Below, piece by piece: positions 1 through 13,971 of a stretch of DNA of 64,000 nt; the stretch's first letter is position 1, and the number at the start of each line of letters is the position of its first letter. The notes beneath the pieces were generated by a model. The model saw only the letters and a program-made list of their open reading frames with translations. It was not told where the DNA came from and made no database searches. Origin of the DNA: Botryllus schlosseri (taxonomy: Eukaryota); the NCBI GenBank assembly GCA_051294905.1, contig CM119372.1:30878001-30942000 (forward strand), read 5' to 3'. A program made the position numbers and the translations under genes.

Positions 1-145
1 GTAGCTGACGTATTAGCACGGACGACGTTTCCAAATGAATTCTCTCGTGTTCCATACCCATGAATATACCCCACCATTTGCTATCCTGGGTTATAGGAAG
101 GACCAACGTGGTGTTCAATATGGTCCTGCGAACGAGTTCCCGAAC
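1..145 (-). CDS. ovoA: OvoA exon 5 (partial, continues beyond window) with iron-binding motif
   Basis: tttgcag|VRELVRRTILNTTLVLPITQDSKWWGIFMGMEHERIHLETSSVLIRQL; contains the H-x3-H-x-E (HERIHLE) non-heme iron motif. Confidence 0.95.
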
Positions 146-973
146 CTGCAAAGTTTAGTAGACTGTAATCTTTTGATAAACTAGCCGCGACTTTCTATTG
201 CACCGCTGTAAGAGTTTCAGGGATGGGTTTCATTTCGCTGGTTTCAATTTGAATTACATTTGATGCTTCATAGGTACGAATCAAGTCCTTCGAATCTAGT
301 ATCAAATGAATTTGTATTTTATCATTGAACTAAGAGGTTTTGATTTACATTTTCAAACTTCTTTAAGAAGATTATCTGGATTGTGCTGACACGTTCCACA
401 TGCAAGCACAAAGGCCGATGGACGCTGGTTTACGTTGGACGCGGAAGCTCTGTTTGTGTATTATAATTTTGAGCACTTCATGGCGCTTCACTTCGCTTCA
501 AATGCATATTGGCGGCAGCAACTGCGACGAATGGGTTGATCGCGATGTCGACGAATACAAATCCTAAGAAAAAGCGACTCCTTTTGGCGTTGTTACATTT
601 TACTGACCCAAGGAAAAGAAAAGATCACCACTCAATATTGCAGCTAAGCTTCACTTCGCGTCGCTTCTCTTCTGGTCAACTCAATGTAAGCCGGCCTTAA
701 TAGAGTTGTTGGTATATGCACGTACAGTGTACTTTGTACACATTGTTCGCCACACGCGTTCATACCGATAGGTCAGAGTAAATGAACATATTTGAGAGTT
801 TTATTCGACTCCAGTGACGATATGCAAATCGGATTCGAATTGTCTCGGGTTCGATATGTGTTCATCCGCTATTTATTGATCATTTATTGGACTTAATGAA
901 GGTTGTTAGGAACACGACTGCATCGGCCCGTAGAGTAGGCCTATGTGATAATAAGAAATTTAAACGACCACAC

Positions 974-1111
974 CTTTAAACGATACGCTCTGGCTTCCTG
1001 CAAAGGAGGCCATTTGAACGCTCCCCCCATTCGATAATTTTCAACATCGTCCCAAGACATTTCATCGACTCCAGTCTCGAAAAGTGCCTCAAACTCGACA
1101 TCAACACGTTC
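974..1111 (-). CDS. ovoA: OvoA exon 4
   Basis: atttag|ERVDVEFEALFETGVDEMSWDDVENYRMGGAFKWPPLQEARAYRLK|gtgtgg; contains the GVDEMSWDD signature; 138 bp, phase 0/0. Confidence 0.93.
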
Positions 1112-1211
1112 CTAAATAATAACAAAAACAAACTGAAAATAGCACATTGGCGAGTCTAAAACCCACACCATGATGCGCGCGACCAATAGCGAGGGCAAAA
1201 CTCACACGTAC

Positions 1212-1324
1212 CGTCAGTAAACCAGCCAGTAACATTTTATTGACAAACACAACAGCTGTGTGGCAATAATAGAAGATGAGCGGCATTCGAAGTCTGTCCG
1301 GTGTCTTGTAAAAATATTTTTCCT
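1212..1324 (-). CDS. ovoA: OvoA exon 3
   Basis: ttttcag|..EKYFYKTPDRLRMPLIFYYCHTAVVFVNKMLLAGLLT|gtacgt; matches the OvoA FY-x2-PD-x-LR-x-PLIFY-x2-HTA motif. Confidence 0.92.
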
Positions 1325-1587
1325 CTGAAAACACGATGTTGGTTCACATTTCACAGTGATATATTCATTACTGCCGGGGCGCGACATTATACCATCACAG
1401 AACCGTTGAGGCACCTCATTCTAGCGATTAGTATATCATACTATCATCGATTTATTATCTGTAAGCGTAACCTAAATGTGTTTCAATTAGTGGGTCAAGT
1501 GGTTTGACGTTTGGGAATAGTACTACATTTGGTGGTTCCGAGGAGAGATATCGTCAATCCCAGTGTTCAAACTTTCCATACGTGTAC

Positions 1588-1652
1588 CTTTTATTGATGT
1601 AAATATCCATTCGTTGAGCGAGTATCCGTTTTCAAAATACTCAAGAATTTCC
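1588..1652 (-). CDS. ovoA: OvoA exon 2
   Basis: cacag|G EILEYFENGYSLNEWIFTSIK G|gtacac; 65 bp, phases fit both neighbours. Confidence 0.85.
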
Positions 1653-2629
1653 CTGTGATAAAGAGTGGGTGTTAAATTTCGAAGGCCTACACACTGACAT
1701 AATTTAATTACTACTGGACAGTTAGCGGAAAAGTAGCGTTTGTATTACCAAAGCGATGAGATGATAGACTTTCGGCGACTGACCCGGTGAACATGTGCTT
1801 ACCTAGTGATACGACTGATAATTGGCGCAGATGAACCGGTCCCGATCGTTATTCGTAATGATAGTTTAATTCCCTTAAGGGCATGAAATTCGTAAGCACT
1901 ATTGCTCACATGCTTTCAAGCTCAACTGTATGAATGGCTTCACTATGAACAAGTTGAACTGAACTGAATTGAGCAAGTTATGTATAGAGGATTGCAGACG
2001 TTGTGGATTTTAGTTAACGAGGTATAGTTGAGTCAAGGATAGGGATACTTATGGGCTCTGCATATAATACAGTATGATCGTCAACTTTTCAATCTTAACA
2101 CAGTAATACAGTGTCATTTGTTTATAACGGATACATCAATTTTCATGCTCCTCTTTCGAAGCTAGATGTTCACGGTCGACGATTTAGAAGGTTCTAAACA
2201 GGTCAAGTTTAAGCAGAAATTGTACTCGATCCATAACGACTTCTGGAAATGACGTTATAGCGACGGTGCTAGCCGTGCGTACACCACAGTTGCTTTAACA
2301 CGTATCGTAATAACTGCATTCGAAAAGCAATGATACCGGGAGAGATAACCGCATTCAGAAACTTACATCAACAATTATATTAATAATAACAATATTAATT
2401 TTCCATTATCTCTGCCTTCAAAACCCTCGCTCATGCCAATTCTTCATTCTCAGATATTCTCGCCATGCATTGCATAAAAATATCAATTTGATTTAAAGAA
2501 ATTTTATTGTTTACTCCAAACTCTCCATTTTCCTGAAGGGGCAGGTTGCTTCCTGAATTGTGCGTCTATTTACCAGTTGCAATGTTAATAAAGATATATA
2601 ATAATAAACGGCACGTAATAAATACTAAC

Positions 2630-2706
2630 TCTTTCGTGCAAGAATGGAGATTGCATGGTTGAATTGAGCCCACAACTATCGGTCCAGTCACGACGTTTGG
2701 TCTCAT
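2630..2706 (-). CDS. ovoA: OvoA (5-histidylcysteine sulfoxide synthase, ovothiol biosynthesis), first recognisable coding exon
   Basis: Hand translation MRPNVVTGPIVVGSIQPCNLHSCTK+GA, donor GTTAGT. Phase 2 matches the next exon (GA|G=Glu). An in-frame acceptor (exon start 2729) means the N-terminus could extend further upstream. Confidence 0.75.
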
Positions 2707-3942
2707 GTTCGGGAAAGACGCTTTAAGATCTACGTAGCAATTAAACCTGAAATGGATTCATCAAAATGTTATTTAATAGAGTAGTGCCCGAAAATGCACA
2801 TATATACATAGATCTATATAACAACTGATGCTATTTCCCCCTGCGGCCGAATGTAAGCTACTCTGGAATGCATTGAACCATCCCGTTCAACATGCACCCA
2901 GTTCGGCATTGAAAACTAGAAGCGTAGCCCGGCCAAAAAAGGATCCTGCTCCTAGCTGTATATATATCATACGGTATCATCTGTCTCTTAGGAATGAAAC
3001 GTAATTTTATGGATTCCTACTGCCTGGTCCGTTCCCTGACTGACACGGCCTAGTAATTTCGATCGCTCATCATCATACATTGCATACTCTTCAAGTGTAT
3101 ATCCACTACGTTTTACTTTAAACTATTTTTCATCCAATGCACATGAGGATGCATTTAGCATAATGTCGTTGTGGTGTAAGAGTCTAGGCATGAATTTGAT
3201 ATCGTAAATAAAGTCAGCGATCCTTTTTTCATTTATTTATCTCGTATTTGTTGCAGAAGAATATCATAGTATCAACCTAGGATTATAGAGGTATATATCA
3301 GAACGCGTGAAAAAATACGTTACTGCCATAAACCAGGGTGAGAATATAACCACAATTCAGAGCGTGCGCAGTACATGTTCTGTCATTGCATGTGCGTGAA
3401 CCATAATCATCCCTTTTATTACTTGAATTGTTCAAAATGAGACCGCGTCAGGATAACTTGGATTATAGTGATATCAAGTATGACTCATGCATAACAGAGA
3501 TCTCCCGGATCTGGTGTTGCAGTGACATTACTCGTATATTGTAGTAACTATCTCTATGGGCGCTTTGGTCGTACAATTAGAGACGACAGCAAAGATGAAT
3601 CATTTGTCTGCATGAAAGTTTTCGAAAGCAGGCGTTCCATAATGGCGAGGGAATATAACCTTATACCTTAACGGTCTAGGCTAGGCTTCACCGGACAACG
3701 TATACGGCACCTGACTATTCCTACATTGATATTGAGTAGAGTGTAAAACGGGTTTCAATATGCTACCGATATTACCCCTTAAACTAGTTATACAGCAGTC
3801 ACGCCAATCGCACGGATTTCGTTTTTATGATACCATAAACATATCAAATCAAGATTTTTTACATTAGACAACGATGTATTCTTTATATCAATTTCGTTGA
3901 TTGCTTTAATAAGCATCATTAGCTGACTACCTACATGTAGTG

Positions 3943-5395
3943 CAGTGGTTCCCAACCTTTTTCGACTCATCGCCTCCTTATCAAGCTCGAATCATTTTCA
4001 TCGCCCCCCTATAAGAAGGCGACCCAAATCTGAGTTTTATTCACATCTCGTGACCACTGTTCCCTCTAAGCTGCGCGAGTGCGCAATTGCGAGAGGCTAC
4101 TTCAAGAAGCAATGCTATTGTGATAGTAAAAAAAGTAGACCAATTAAAACTACATCGGTGATTGTAAATCAACGGTTTCGCTTGCTTCAGATGTCATACA
4201 TAGGGTTGCCAACTGCGGGAAGGCTGTGGGAGTCAAATATTTCATAACATAATGCCAAACTGACTGAAATATAACCATATTATCGTCATCGTTCGAGATG
4301 TCTTTACATGTTAATAGAAATCAGTTTCAATGGTTCAATTAGGCTTAAATTACGCTGCAAGAAAGTAGGCTAAACTTTGGTGGAATTCATGTCCGTGCGC
4401 ATAATGTCGTCAAGTTACATTTAAAGACGTCAACAATTCTACAACCGAATCGGCACGAAAATGAGCCAGCAAATTTTCTAATTTATCAGCTTGCTTAGTT
4501 ACATCACTAATTATATATACGTCTTCAAGATCTAGACTCGGGGCGGGTTCATAAATCCCAGCAATCGGATGTCTGGTAGTCTAAATGATAACTTGCATAA
4601 CAAATCGGCTTTTGCAGTGGGTAGCAAATAAAGAGACTCAGGACCTATGATATCGATGTAATATAGGACAGCGATTTATAGGACGTAATACCCCAGTATG
4701 CCTACTGCAGGTCTGAATTATGTAAAACAACCTTTAATATTTCCTTGGGTATGCGCGAGTAAGTAGCACTTGCTACTCATCTCATATGCTGAAAACAAAT
4801 TTGCACAGTCATAGTTGAAGAAAATCGAACGAGCGAAAATAGTGCCAACGTGCCAAACTCGAAATTCTGGTGCCAACTAACGTGAAAATGTCACAATATT
4901 CCAAAATTTAGTCCCAATATGCACCAATTGGCAACACTGGATATACTTCGCAAAGACACACTAATTAGCAGTTTAAACAGAAAGTGTCCGTCCGCGCTTG
5001 CTCTTGCTGGTTCTCGCAGAAACAGCTGATATTTGATTATGATGTAACAACTGCGGTATATCCATTGAGAATAATCGTACGCCAACAACCCGATGGTACG
5101 AGGTTGAGAGAGTTCGTAAACAGTGGAATAGGTGTAATATGAGTCAGATTTACGTGACTTGTAATCCGTTTCACGTATCGCAGGCTGGAATGGGTGAAGT
5201 ATTGAGCCACTTTTCTATCAACATCGATCTCATATAAATTGAACTGAGCAATAAACCAAGCATATACTGAATCATATTTGACTGACTGACTTTACTGACG
5301 TTTTCGCCCCGCTATCGCCCCCTTCGTTATTTTCGCCCCCCTAGTTCGCCAAATCGCCCCCTGGGGGGCGTTATCGCCCACGTTGGGAACCACTG
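3943..5395. mobile_element. Non-autonomous hAT (Charlie/Buster-like) element inserted into a copy of 'element A'
   Basis: TIRs CAGTGGTTCCCAAC...GTTGGGAACCACTG, near-perfect 8-bp TSD ATGTAGTG/ATGTAATG, ATCGCCCC subterminal repeats. Flanks (~3700-3940, 5396-5710) are reverse-complement homologues of ~58980-59580. Confidence 0.8.
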
Positions 5396-6582
5396 ATGTA
5401 ATGTGTTTCGTTCTTGGTGTTGCGTGAGTGCTGGTCAAGCTCACAGCAGAGAGTCACCAAATATTCACAAACGGAAAGCTGAATATTTCGAGCAAACTTT
5501 TGTAACTAAGCAAGTAAAATTTTTGAAAATTGCAAGTGCATGCTCGTTTAGTGTTGATATTTTATTTATGCTGTCTGCGCCATGCATGGAGTGGTCCGAA
5601 ATTGAAATGCAAAGAATTTCAACCAATAATGTTTTAATTTCGTGAAGAATTGTAATATATGAAAAAGATGCGCAGTGCAGAGCCTATCAAGGTTCGTTTG
5701 TGAACTTTAACCTCTAAATTGATATAATTTGATCAACTTTACTTCTCAATTATCAAACTTGTCGCCTAGTCTACTTTCAAGTAATACGAATTGTGTGTCG
5801 GTGATCATTGCTGAGGGATGTTCTAATGAGTTGTAGTAATTGCTTCAATGGCTAGCGAGTGTTGAGTCGTGGGTTACATAATGAAAATTTTAGCTGCTAT
5901 CGAGAATTGACATAACGCCATCGACTCAAATGACTCATTGGCGATAACAGGATGTATGAGCGAATTACTCTGTTTTTTGGGACTCGGTTACATAAAACGT
6001 AATACCGAATGAAACGGTATTGTACAGCCGGGCAGAAGTTGATCGTTACAACAGCAATAAGGTCAAATAGAACATTTGTAAGCTAATGAATTCAACAATC
6101 CCACAAATAAGCTTTTCAGAATGTTGGTGCTATCGCATCGTATCTTCGACGCCGGTTCGTGTAATCGTTCATTCATCATCTAATTTATAGCCTTCGCAAC
6201 CCATACTTTCAGAACCAGTTTTCGGGTTTTCTTCGCGAAAAGCAAGAAATGGAGTCGGTAAGTAGTCATGAAGGTTAGAGAGCAACTGCACAGTGCACAT
6301 TTATGATTTCTAAATGCTAGCGGATGCTTCTCTCGACTTCTAATGGTTTGGTATATTGTAGAGGCCATTTATATTTGAAGTGATGCCGTTGATCGCAGAA
6401 CGACATGCCTCGTCCGATTGCTCAGTCACTTGAGCGGCACGTGACTGAACACGAAATACAAGACAAAATAACAATATGATTTTTATAAAGAGGCTGGTGA
6501 GTGATGATGACTAGTAACACAGCGGTGTACCCTGCGTTGTAAAGCCAATTGAACTGTGGGTCTTGCAGGTCTCGTCCTAGAA

Positions 6583-7440
6583 CAGTGGTTCTTAACCTTT
6601 TTGTCTTCGCGGACCCCATTTGGACGGTGACGGACCCCCGCGGACCCTCTGAATTTTTAGTTCAAATTTAGCTCAATTATCGTGCAACCGTCATCTGTCT
6701 TGTGCAAATATCAACTCAAGGTTAGTGATAACCAGCAAGGAAATGACCGTTCTTGAAAATGATAGCACACGATATGTAGAAATATGGGTAGACTTTTATT
6801 ATTTCGAACAGAATTCTGCAGCTGAATTTCTTATTTCATGAAATATGTGGTCCTACATGTCTTGAAAATTCACGCGTTCGATTTGATATGAACGAGTGCC
6901 GAAAATCTATTTCCACGAAGGTAGGTGGCGGAGAATGTAATATTAACGCCTGACGCTTCCGACGATGCCTTTGTGAGCTTAAACCTTTAAATTTCTGAGG
7001 GTGACACACATAACGCGAACGTGAACGGCGAAAGAGATTTCAAGTAATGCTGAATGTTCCCACAACAAAAGTATTCCAAATCGATTGTTTTTAATGGATT
7101 TCAATCACATTATCTCGATTTCACGAACACAAAATTGTCCATTTGTTTCAACGTTAAATTTCCACTGTTTATGTGATCGTTGCACTAGCATCTGTTCACC
7201 AGTTTTATAAGACTTAGCTTGACTTTACATATGTATAACCGCATGTCATGCTCTACCTTCAATCGATTGCTATGTTTGTTATCAATATACGCATATCGTT
7301 GCGCTAATTCCGTTCCAACTTCTGTTGCGAACCATTCCGTCACTACCCTTTCATTTGCACGTACGATATACAAATAAGGACACCCTTTCATGATCGAATA
7401 AAACCATGGATTATGCAATTCACGAGCACAAGACTTCGGC
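6583..7440 (-). mobile_element. hAT-Charlie transposase remnant
   Basis: CAGTGGTTCTTAACC terminus at 6583. Minus strand ~6880-6945 reads TFSATYLRGNRFSALVHIKS, like the hAT C-terminal TYLCE-x-FS motif. Right boundary approximate. Confidence 0.55.
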
Positions 7441-8984
7441 AAGGCCTACCATTGATGGAGTTACAGGTGCACTGAGCACTGAAACTCTATACGTCATGTT
7501 ATGTCCTGTGAGGGATTTATGGAAGGCGCCGAAATACCGGTACATAATATTCCTAAACCAGCAGGTTGCACGGCACACCCCTTGACTAAAGCCTCCCAAT
7601 GGCCTCAAGCGATGCTAGTAATATACTGTTCTCTAATATTCGGGGCATCCGGTATGTTATGGTATATTATTGCACGAAATTTCGGTATGGAATATGGAAA
7701 TATGCAAGTGTGGTAGGGTATGGAAATTTCCGAGTATGGTATGGAAATTTGTTTTCATACTTCCATATTTTGACAGTTTTGCCAGCATACCATGACAATC
7801 ATCATATTTTCGAATTTTGAAATCGATAGCGTACCTCCGAAAATCGTTCACGTACAGGTCTATGTTCATATCGCACACCACGACTCAGAATCACCCAGCC
7901 TGGTTCCCATCGATTTGAAAACAAAAAAGTTGAGCAGATCGCATATTAAGGAAAATAATATTGATGATGATTATTCTGATCGGAATATCATAAAAACGTT
8001 TGGTATTCGACCTCTGTCGCGTTACAGCTTACATTTCGCTTAACTTGCACTCCGAAGAGGACTGTTAAAATAATAGATCTGGGGTGTCAAACTCAACTGG
8101 GGGCGCGGGTCAGATTCAAACATTTTAATAGGTCGTGGGCCGGACCAGTCAAATGAATGCAAATTGCTGCGTCCAAATTCATTCCCTTTCTCTTCACTAG
8201 AACACTTGATTATCAAGCTCATATACATAATCGCATACTGCATTATATGGATAACGCGAGCTCATTGTAGCGACAACTGTATTCACAAGCAATGGAATCG
8301 GCAAAAATACCAAACACCATGGTGGCCGATTGAATACAGTTACAAACCGCGAAATTAGTGGTTCTAGCGAAAAGATAAGTTGGTATATTTCTTCCCTTTG
8401 TTTTAGTTTTGCGTTGGCCCTGATATGCACCTATAATTGCACTGTGACGGATGAAAGAAATTTAATCGTTCTTAACTTTTCATTGTATCGCAATTTTTGT
8501 GGTGTATTAAACTGATAAAAATTGCTAATAAACCGAACCGAACCGAATGATCACCACGCAATATCTATTTGACTTAAGCATTATTGTAATCCAAAAATAT
8601 GTAGCTTGTCTCGGGGCGACGATACGCCATGCCGGCCTCTAACACTAACACGCATTGTAGCTTCATTAAATCCAGTTATATCGGATAAAAGAATGGACAC
8701 CCTGATGATAAAAGCGGACATTTGATCCGCTGTCGCAAAATCCCTAATGATTGTGACGATGTAAAATTATATTCCAAGATATATTGTAATTAGCTATGTA
8801 GATGATATCTCCATATTACTGCTAGCAATGCGTTGCCACACTATAGTTTTATCCGTCCTGAGCTTGTGTTGTGATTCCCAAATAATCCCGTATATATTTT
8901 ACGTTCTTTTCAGATGATTAGGCAATCTACATCGCTGACATATGACACAAATAAATTGCCGATAGATTTGGTGCGTCAGGGCTG

Positions 8985-9497
8985 TTTAAAGTTTATGTAC
9001 CAGTTCCACTGCGGCATTGCCCCGAATATTTCAATGACTTCTTTACCTCGGAATCAAAAGCGCACAAGTACAAATATCATATGATCGACCAGAAAGATCA
9101 TCGCTCTATCAAATATGCCGGACCTGACGTGTGGAACAGTATCCCGCTGGCCGTCCGACAGTCGATGAGCATGTCCGCATACAAGTCAAAATACAAGCAA
9201 TTTCTACCAAATAAATACTTGCCCACCCTCAAGATTACCGGGCCATGACCTGATCTATCGATCTCGCTTTCCATGACATGCCACCTCATCTTTGTCCTTT
9301 GCTTTTTCTATACTATCTTCTTTTACTTTTCTTTCAGTGTGCATGCATCCTCTTTACATCGCCTAGGCCAAGGTGGGTGTTCGATTCCAAAGACTACTCG
9401 AAGTCGTTTCGACACCTTCCTATCTTTTCAGTGTATCGCAAATTTTGTGGTGTATTGAACTGATAACAATTGCTAATAAACCAAACTGAAACTGAAC
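8985..9497 (+). mobile_element. 5'-truncated CR1/L2-group LINE
   Basis: Encodes IKYAGPDVWNSIPLAVRQSMSMSAYKSKYKQFL, similar to the C-terminus of ORF2 at 49575-52571, then a 3' UTR, AATAAA and (AAACTG)n tail. Related 3' UTR copies lie at ~8470-8550 and ~15610-15810. Confidence 0.8.
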
Positions 9498-10084
9498 TTT
9501 TATTCGAAACAATTATAATATAAATCCCGCGAAATTTTCACGCATCAAAAATCAAAATTTTCAAATTCACAAATGAATTTCGTCATTATTATTAGTAGAT
9601 TCACATATTACCATCAAATATTTATCCTTCATCAGGGGCTCAGATTGTAAAAGGCGCTACTATATTAAAATCGGAAATGAAGTGTAGGCTACATAGCATT
9701 GAATCGCGCGCAGCGCGAAGAAAATTTCGAGATTAATGGAAATCTCTCTAAATTCGGGAGTCAATTCGTAAATTCAATTTGTCTGTCGACGGCCGTCAAC
9801 ACATACTAATCAAATTACGTGTCACGGACGCACAAATTTCCTTCTACGGCCGCAGGTTGCCAACCCCTGTACTAGACAAACCAATTAATTCTATCTCGAG
9901 GTAATTCGCTCGAAGCGTGTAAAAGTTCTTCAGATCATTATATAAATTTGTTCAAACATGTTCATGTGCTAAGGAGATGCATAATTCAGTGATTTTGTCG
10001 GTTCTATTCACCCGCATCAGGTTATTTTATTCGTATCAGATTGAGCTAAATTAGAAACCATCTTCGTTTTTCCACTCTACCAGT

Positions 10085-10465
10085 CTAGTACAAAATTCAA
10101 TCAGTTTTATAAGTGTCAATGTTTGAAATAAGCTGCCACCTAATCTCCGCAATTTATACTCTTGTGCTTTTAATAAACAATGTTTTCGTTCTCTTATCTC
10201 TAACTACCGCTAAATTGTATTTGCACTGTATTTCAAATTGGTCCATGATAGTGTGTTTTATTTTTCTTTTCGTTCGTTAGTAAATTTTATCTTTATTTAT
10301 TTGTTATCGACTGTGAAAATGGCTCCTGTCCTTGGTGGCTTGGCTCTGAAGACTTTGTCATATCGAGCCTCCCGTCTACCTTGCATGTCGCATTTCACTG
10401 TTACATTTTTGTAGTGTAATGTTGTTATGTAACGTGTACGAATAAAGATTCTCTCTCTCTCTCTC
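10085..10465 (+). mobile_element. 5'-truncated LINE 3' end
   Basis: Decayed SISFISVNV*NKLPPNLRNL...LISNY ORF2 terminus, T-rich 3' UTR, AATAAA, then (CT)n tail. Confidence 0.65.
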
Positions 10466-11948
10466 GCACATCATTCAAAATTGTCACTTCTTCGTGGACT
10501 GCACGAGTTTGCTATGTTGGCCCCATTTGGCCCGCGTTAGTCGCAAATCTGTCTGCGTATTCTCCGCGCGTCAACATGATTTAGGAGGAGATGCAACTTT
10601 TCGTTCAAATAGCAAAGTTTTCCGAGCTGGACCTAGACACTATCAGAATCCCCAGTTAGTGTGTTAGTCCTCAGAGAGTTTTCAAGTAAAAGCTTGCAAT
10701 AGGGAGGGTCGAAGTATGAATTTACAATACCGGTAATCTAGAATTTTATACAACCGAATGTTGTAAAAGCTTCTGTAATCAAAAGTCGTTTTGGCACGGA
10801 CTACAGAGTGCTATACAGATTTGTAATCTGCAGCAATTAGATAATGAATAATACTACCAAGAAGTAGGTTCGTCTTCACGAGCAAACCAGCTTGACCTAA
10901 ATATCAGTACTACCTCAATCTTTTACTCAAACAATCACGGATTATTGGTAGTTGACGTAACCTCTGCTATCACTCAAATAAAGTTCAAGAAAAGTTCAAA
11001 CTTGCACTAGGCACCGCAGCCTTGGGAAATCGGCTTGTGAGACGCCAGGCATGTAGCGTAAAGCTATAGCAGTCGAACTCTAATTCGAATCACTGATCCG
11101 CTGTGTCATTGCCACAACACGAGGAAACGGAAAAACAAAGAAGACGCTGCCAACTGGCCAGTGTCCCACCATCGCTTAATTAATAGCCTGTTTCAATGAG
11201 ATGCATCTGTTTGTTTGAAGGAAGTCGTGTGCTTCCAGAAAGAATGTCTAATTAAACTGATATCTATAAGATCGGTTCTGGGGACACAATCTCTGATGTC
11301 ACAATGCTAATTTCACCACTTCTTTTCCGTAAGGACATTAACTGTGTACTTGTTCGATGGCCGACAAAGTACGGTAGTTCTCTGTCTAAAACGCAATAAT
11401 TTCTGATTGCCATTATTGTGCCATTCGAAAACATGATTGTGTGACAGTGACTTCATTCAAAATGGGGATAGTCACCCTTGAGCTCGTTAACCAACCCCCT
11501 GACCAGAGTTGGATCAATTACAATAATTCAGTTCAATTACAATTCCAATTACTTTCTTGAATGTTTCAATTACATTACAATTACAATTACTCAATGCTAA
11601 AAATGTCAAATTACAATTACAATTACAATTACTGTTAAACATGTAATTAATTACAATTACAATTACCGTTAAACATGTAATTGATTCGGTAGAGAGGTGT
11701 TCTTCGACAGCCGTAGCGACGTAATTAGCAACAATCTCAAGCTATTCAGTATTCATGTTTCATTCATGATACGTAGAATACCCCTTAATTAAAAAAACTC
11801 GAACGTATTCGAACTATTCCTAATCATGAGTACTGAAAACTACAAACACAGAAAAATGTTTCAAGCGACCGTTAACAACCAAAAGTTTGAGAGACTAACA
11901 GCGAATAGGCTACAGGACAGTCAAAGAAATGTAATCAAACGATTAGGC

Positions 11949-13504
11949 CAGTGGTTCTCAACCTGGGGCGCGGGTGGCTCTCAGGGGGGGCGCGAGAAAT
12001 TGACAAAGTCTGTATGAATTCTCACTAAACTTGTGTTTCACAACCATTCGGAGAAGACGATTGTTGAAGACGAAACTTATTTCGTATTCAAGTAAGCTCG
12101 CCAAATTCAAACTCCAGCAGTCGCGTTCAACGGAGTATATAAGGCTGATTTCAACTTCATTTGAGCAAATTTTTGATGTTCTTTGAAGATGTAGAGCAAT
12201 TATCACGTGTAAATCATTCGTTACTTCATAGCTTTGGCAGTAGCCTAAAGCTCGGTGCGCTGGGTAGCTGTTGTTAATAGCTGGCGAACTGCACTGCTTA
12301 AGACAGACTTAGATTCAATATGGGTTGCCCGGTTTCGCCCTCAATTAGGCTACCCTAAATCAACACAGTTTAATTCAATTCCAAAACTGATCAAATTTAG
12401 CATGGCCGGACAGAACGACGCAGTGCTCTCTGTAGTCACTACCAGCATTAGGGTTAGTCTCAGTGAAACCTACCATGAAATAAATTGATGTCCCGTTCAA
12501 TGTTTTTTGCTATTTTTGAATAAGTTTGGGAAATTTTTCAGAAACTCAACAACTCAACAACTGGAACGCGGATTCAAACTTGGCGTAATATATACCATAT
12601 GTATACTATTAGATAAGGGATGGGCGACACCTAATTCAATTAGTATGTATTGGCGGCCGTCGACATGAAAATTGAAATTACGAATTCCCTCCCGAATTTT
12701 TAAGAGATTTTAATTATTCTTGAAATTTTCTTCGCGCTCCGCGCAATTCATCGTTACAACATTTTTCGATTTTAATATAGTAGCACCCTTTTAAATCTCA
12801 GCCGGAATCGGAATCGTGTGCCCTCACGAAAGAAATTTGTTTATGGTACATTTGGGTGATTCCAATATATTTCCACAATTTCCACTACCAATAGGCCTAC
12901 ATTCGATAATCCTGATGGGAGGTCAAGAAATAACAGCATGCAACTAAGTAACTAATAACAATTGGCCCACCCGAAGATGCATTATCATTTATAACTTGCC
13001 CTAAATTTTCGAAAGCACTCCCTCCATAAACTTTACCGGTGAATCTGATCACATGGGCTGAGAAAGGATAAATATTTGATAGTAATATGTGATACTGCTA
13101 CTATTACGGAATTCATTCGTGAATCTGAAAAATTTTCGCGCTCTGCGCGACAATATGCAATCCCAGCAACTATTCATAACATTGCCACTTCCGATTTCGG
13201 TGCGTACAATAGGCCGTTGCAAAAAGTAGAATAGACCGAAGTTCACCGGGAATGGATATGGACAGATTAACACAGGTATTTTGCGTCCGGTTAGTTCATT
13301 ACGGCTATGCCCTGGAATGCGGCCCTAGGCTACACAAGTAATCGAAATGCGGCCGTGATTAGCAAAAAGGTTGCCCACCACTGTATTAGATGATGTGCTC
13401 TTTTTGACATGACGATAAGTGCATGGGGGGGGGGGGTCAGGGGGGCGCAGATTATTTGAACATCGCCAAGGGGGGCGCATCTCCAAAAAGGTTGAGAACC
13501 GCTG
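11949..13504. mobile_element. hAT-Charlie-like MITE nested in 11504-14706, itself containing a MITE at ~12617-13383
   Basis: CAGTGGTTCTCAACC...GGTTGAGAACCGCTG with perfect TSD GATTAGGC. Confidence 0.85.
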
Positions 13505-13971
13505 GATTAGGCTATTCAGAGCTGAGTGAGGATAATGAAATCTAATTGGTAAGGCGTCAGCGATAAGGATGATACCGCTAAGATGTGTAAAATTACAGTA
13601 AATGCAAAAGGAAAGAACCTCCTGATAACGAAGAATTACAACATTTTGGTTCGCACTTACATTTTCACTTGCTCGGAAAGTGTTAGATTGCATTTGATGA
13701 ACTATAGGGTGTGAAAATTTCTGGCCCCGGTCAATTTGGCCAAGATTGGTGGTAAGATTGGGTTAACATCTCAACAAATGCGTGATCAAGTTTGATGAAG
13801 CCTTGGTTGGAAACTTGAATGTCTTTTTGCAATTGTTGCAGCAAGCGTCGGTACTGGTCAGAGATTTAAAAATAAAACTCTGACCGTGGTGTAGGAAAGG
13901 GTTCAGCACAGGTTTCAGAAGAGCTGATTTGCTGCTGATCCATTTTTGAAATATCAAGATTTAGTTTAGCC

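Noticed and set aside
1803..1880. Alternative ovoA first exon ending at a GTAAGC donor (..SAPIISRITR)
   Set aside because: Exon 2630-2706 matches the OvoA N-terminal pattern (P-x-NL-x-SCTKE) much better.
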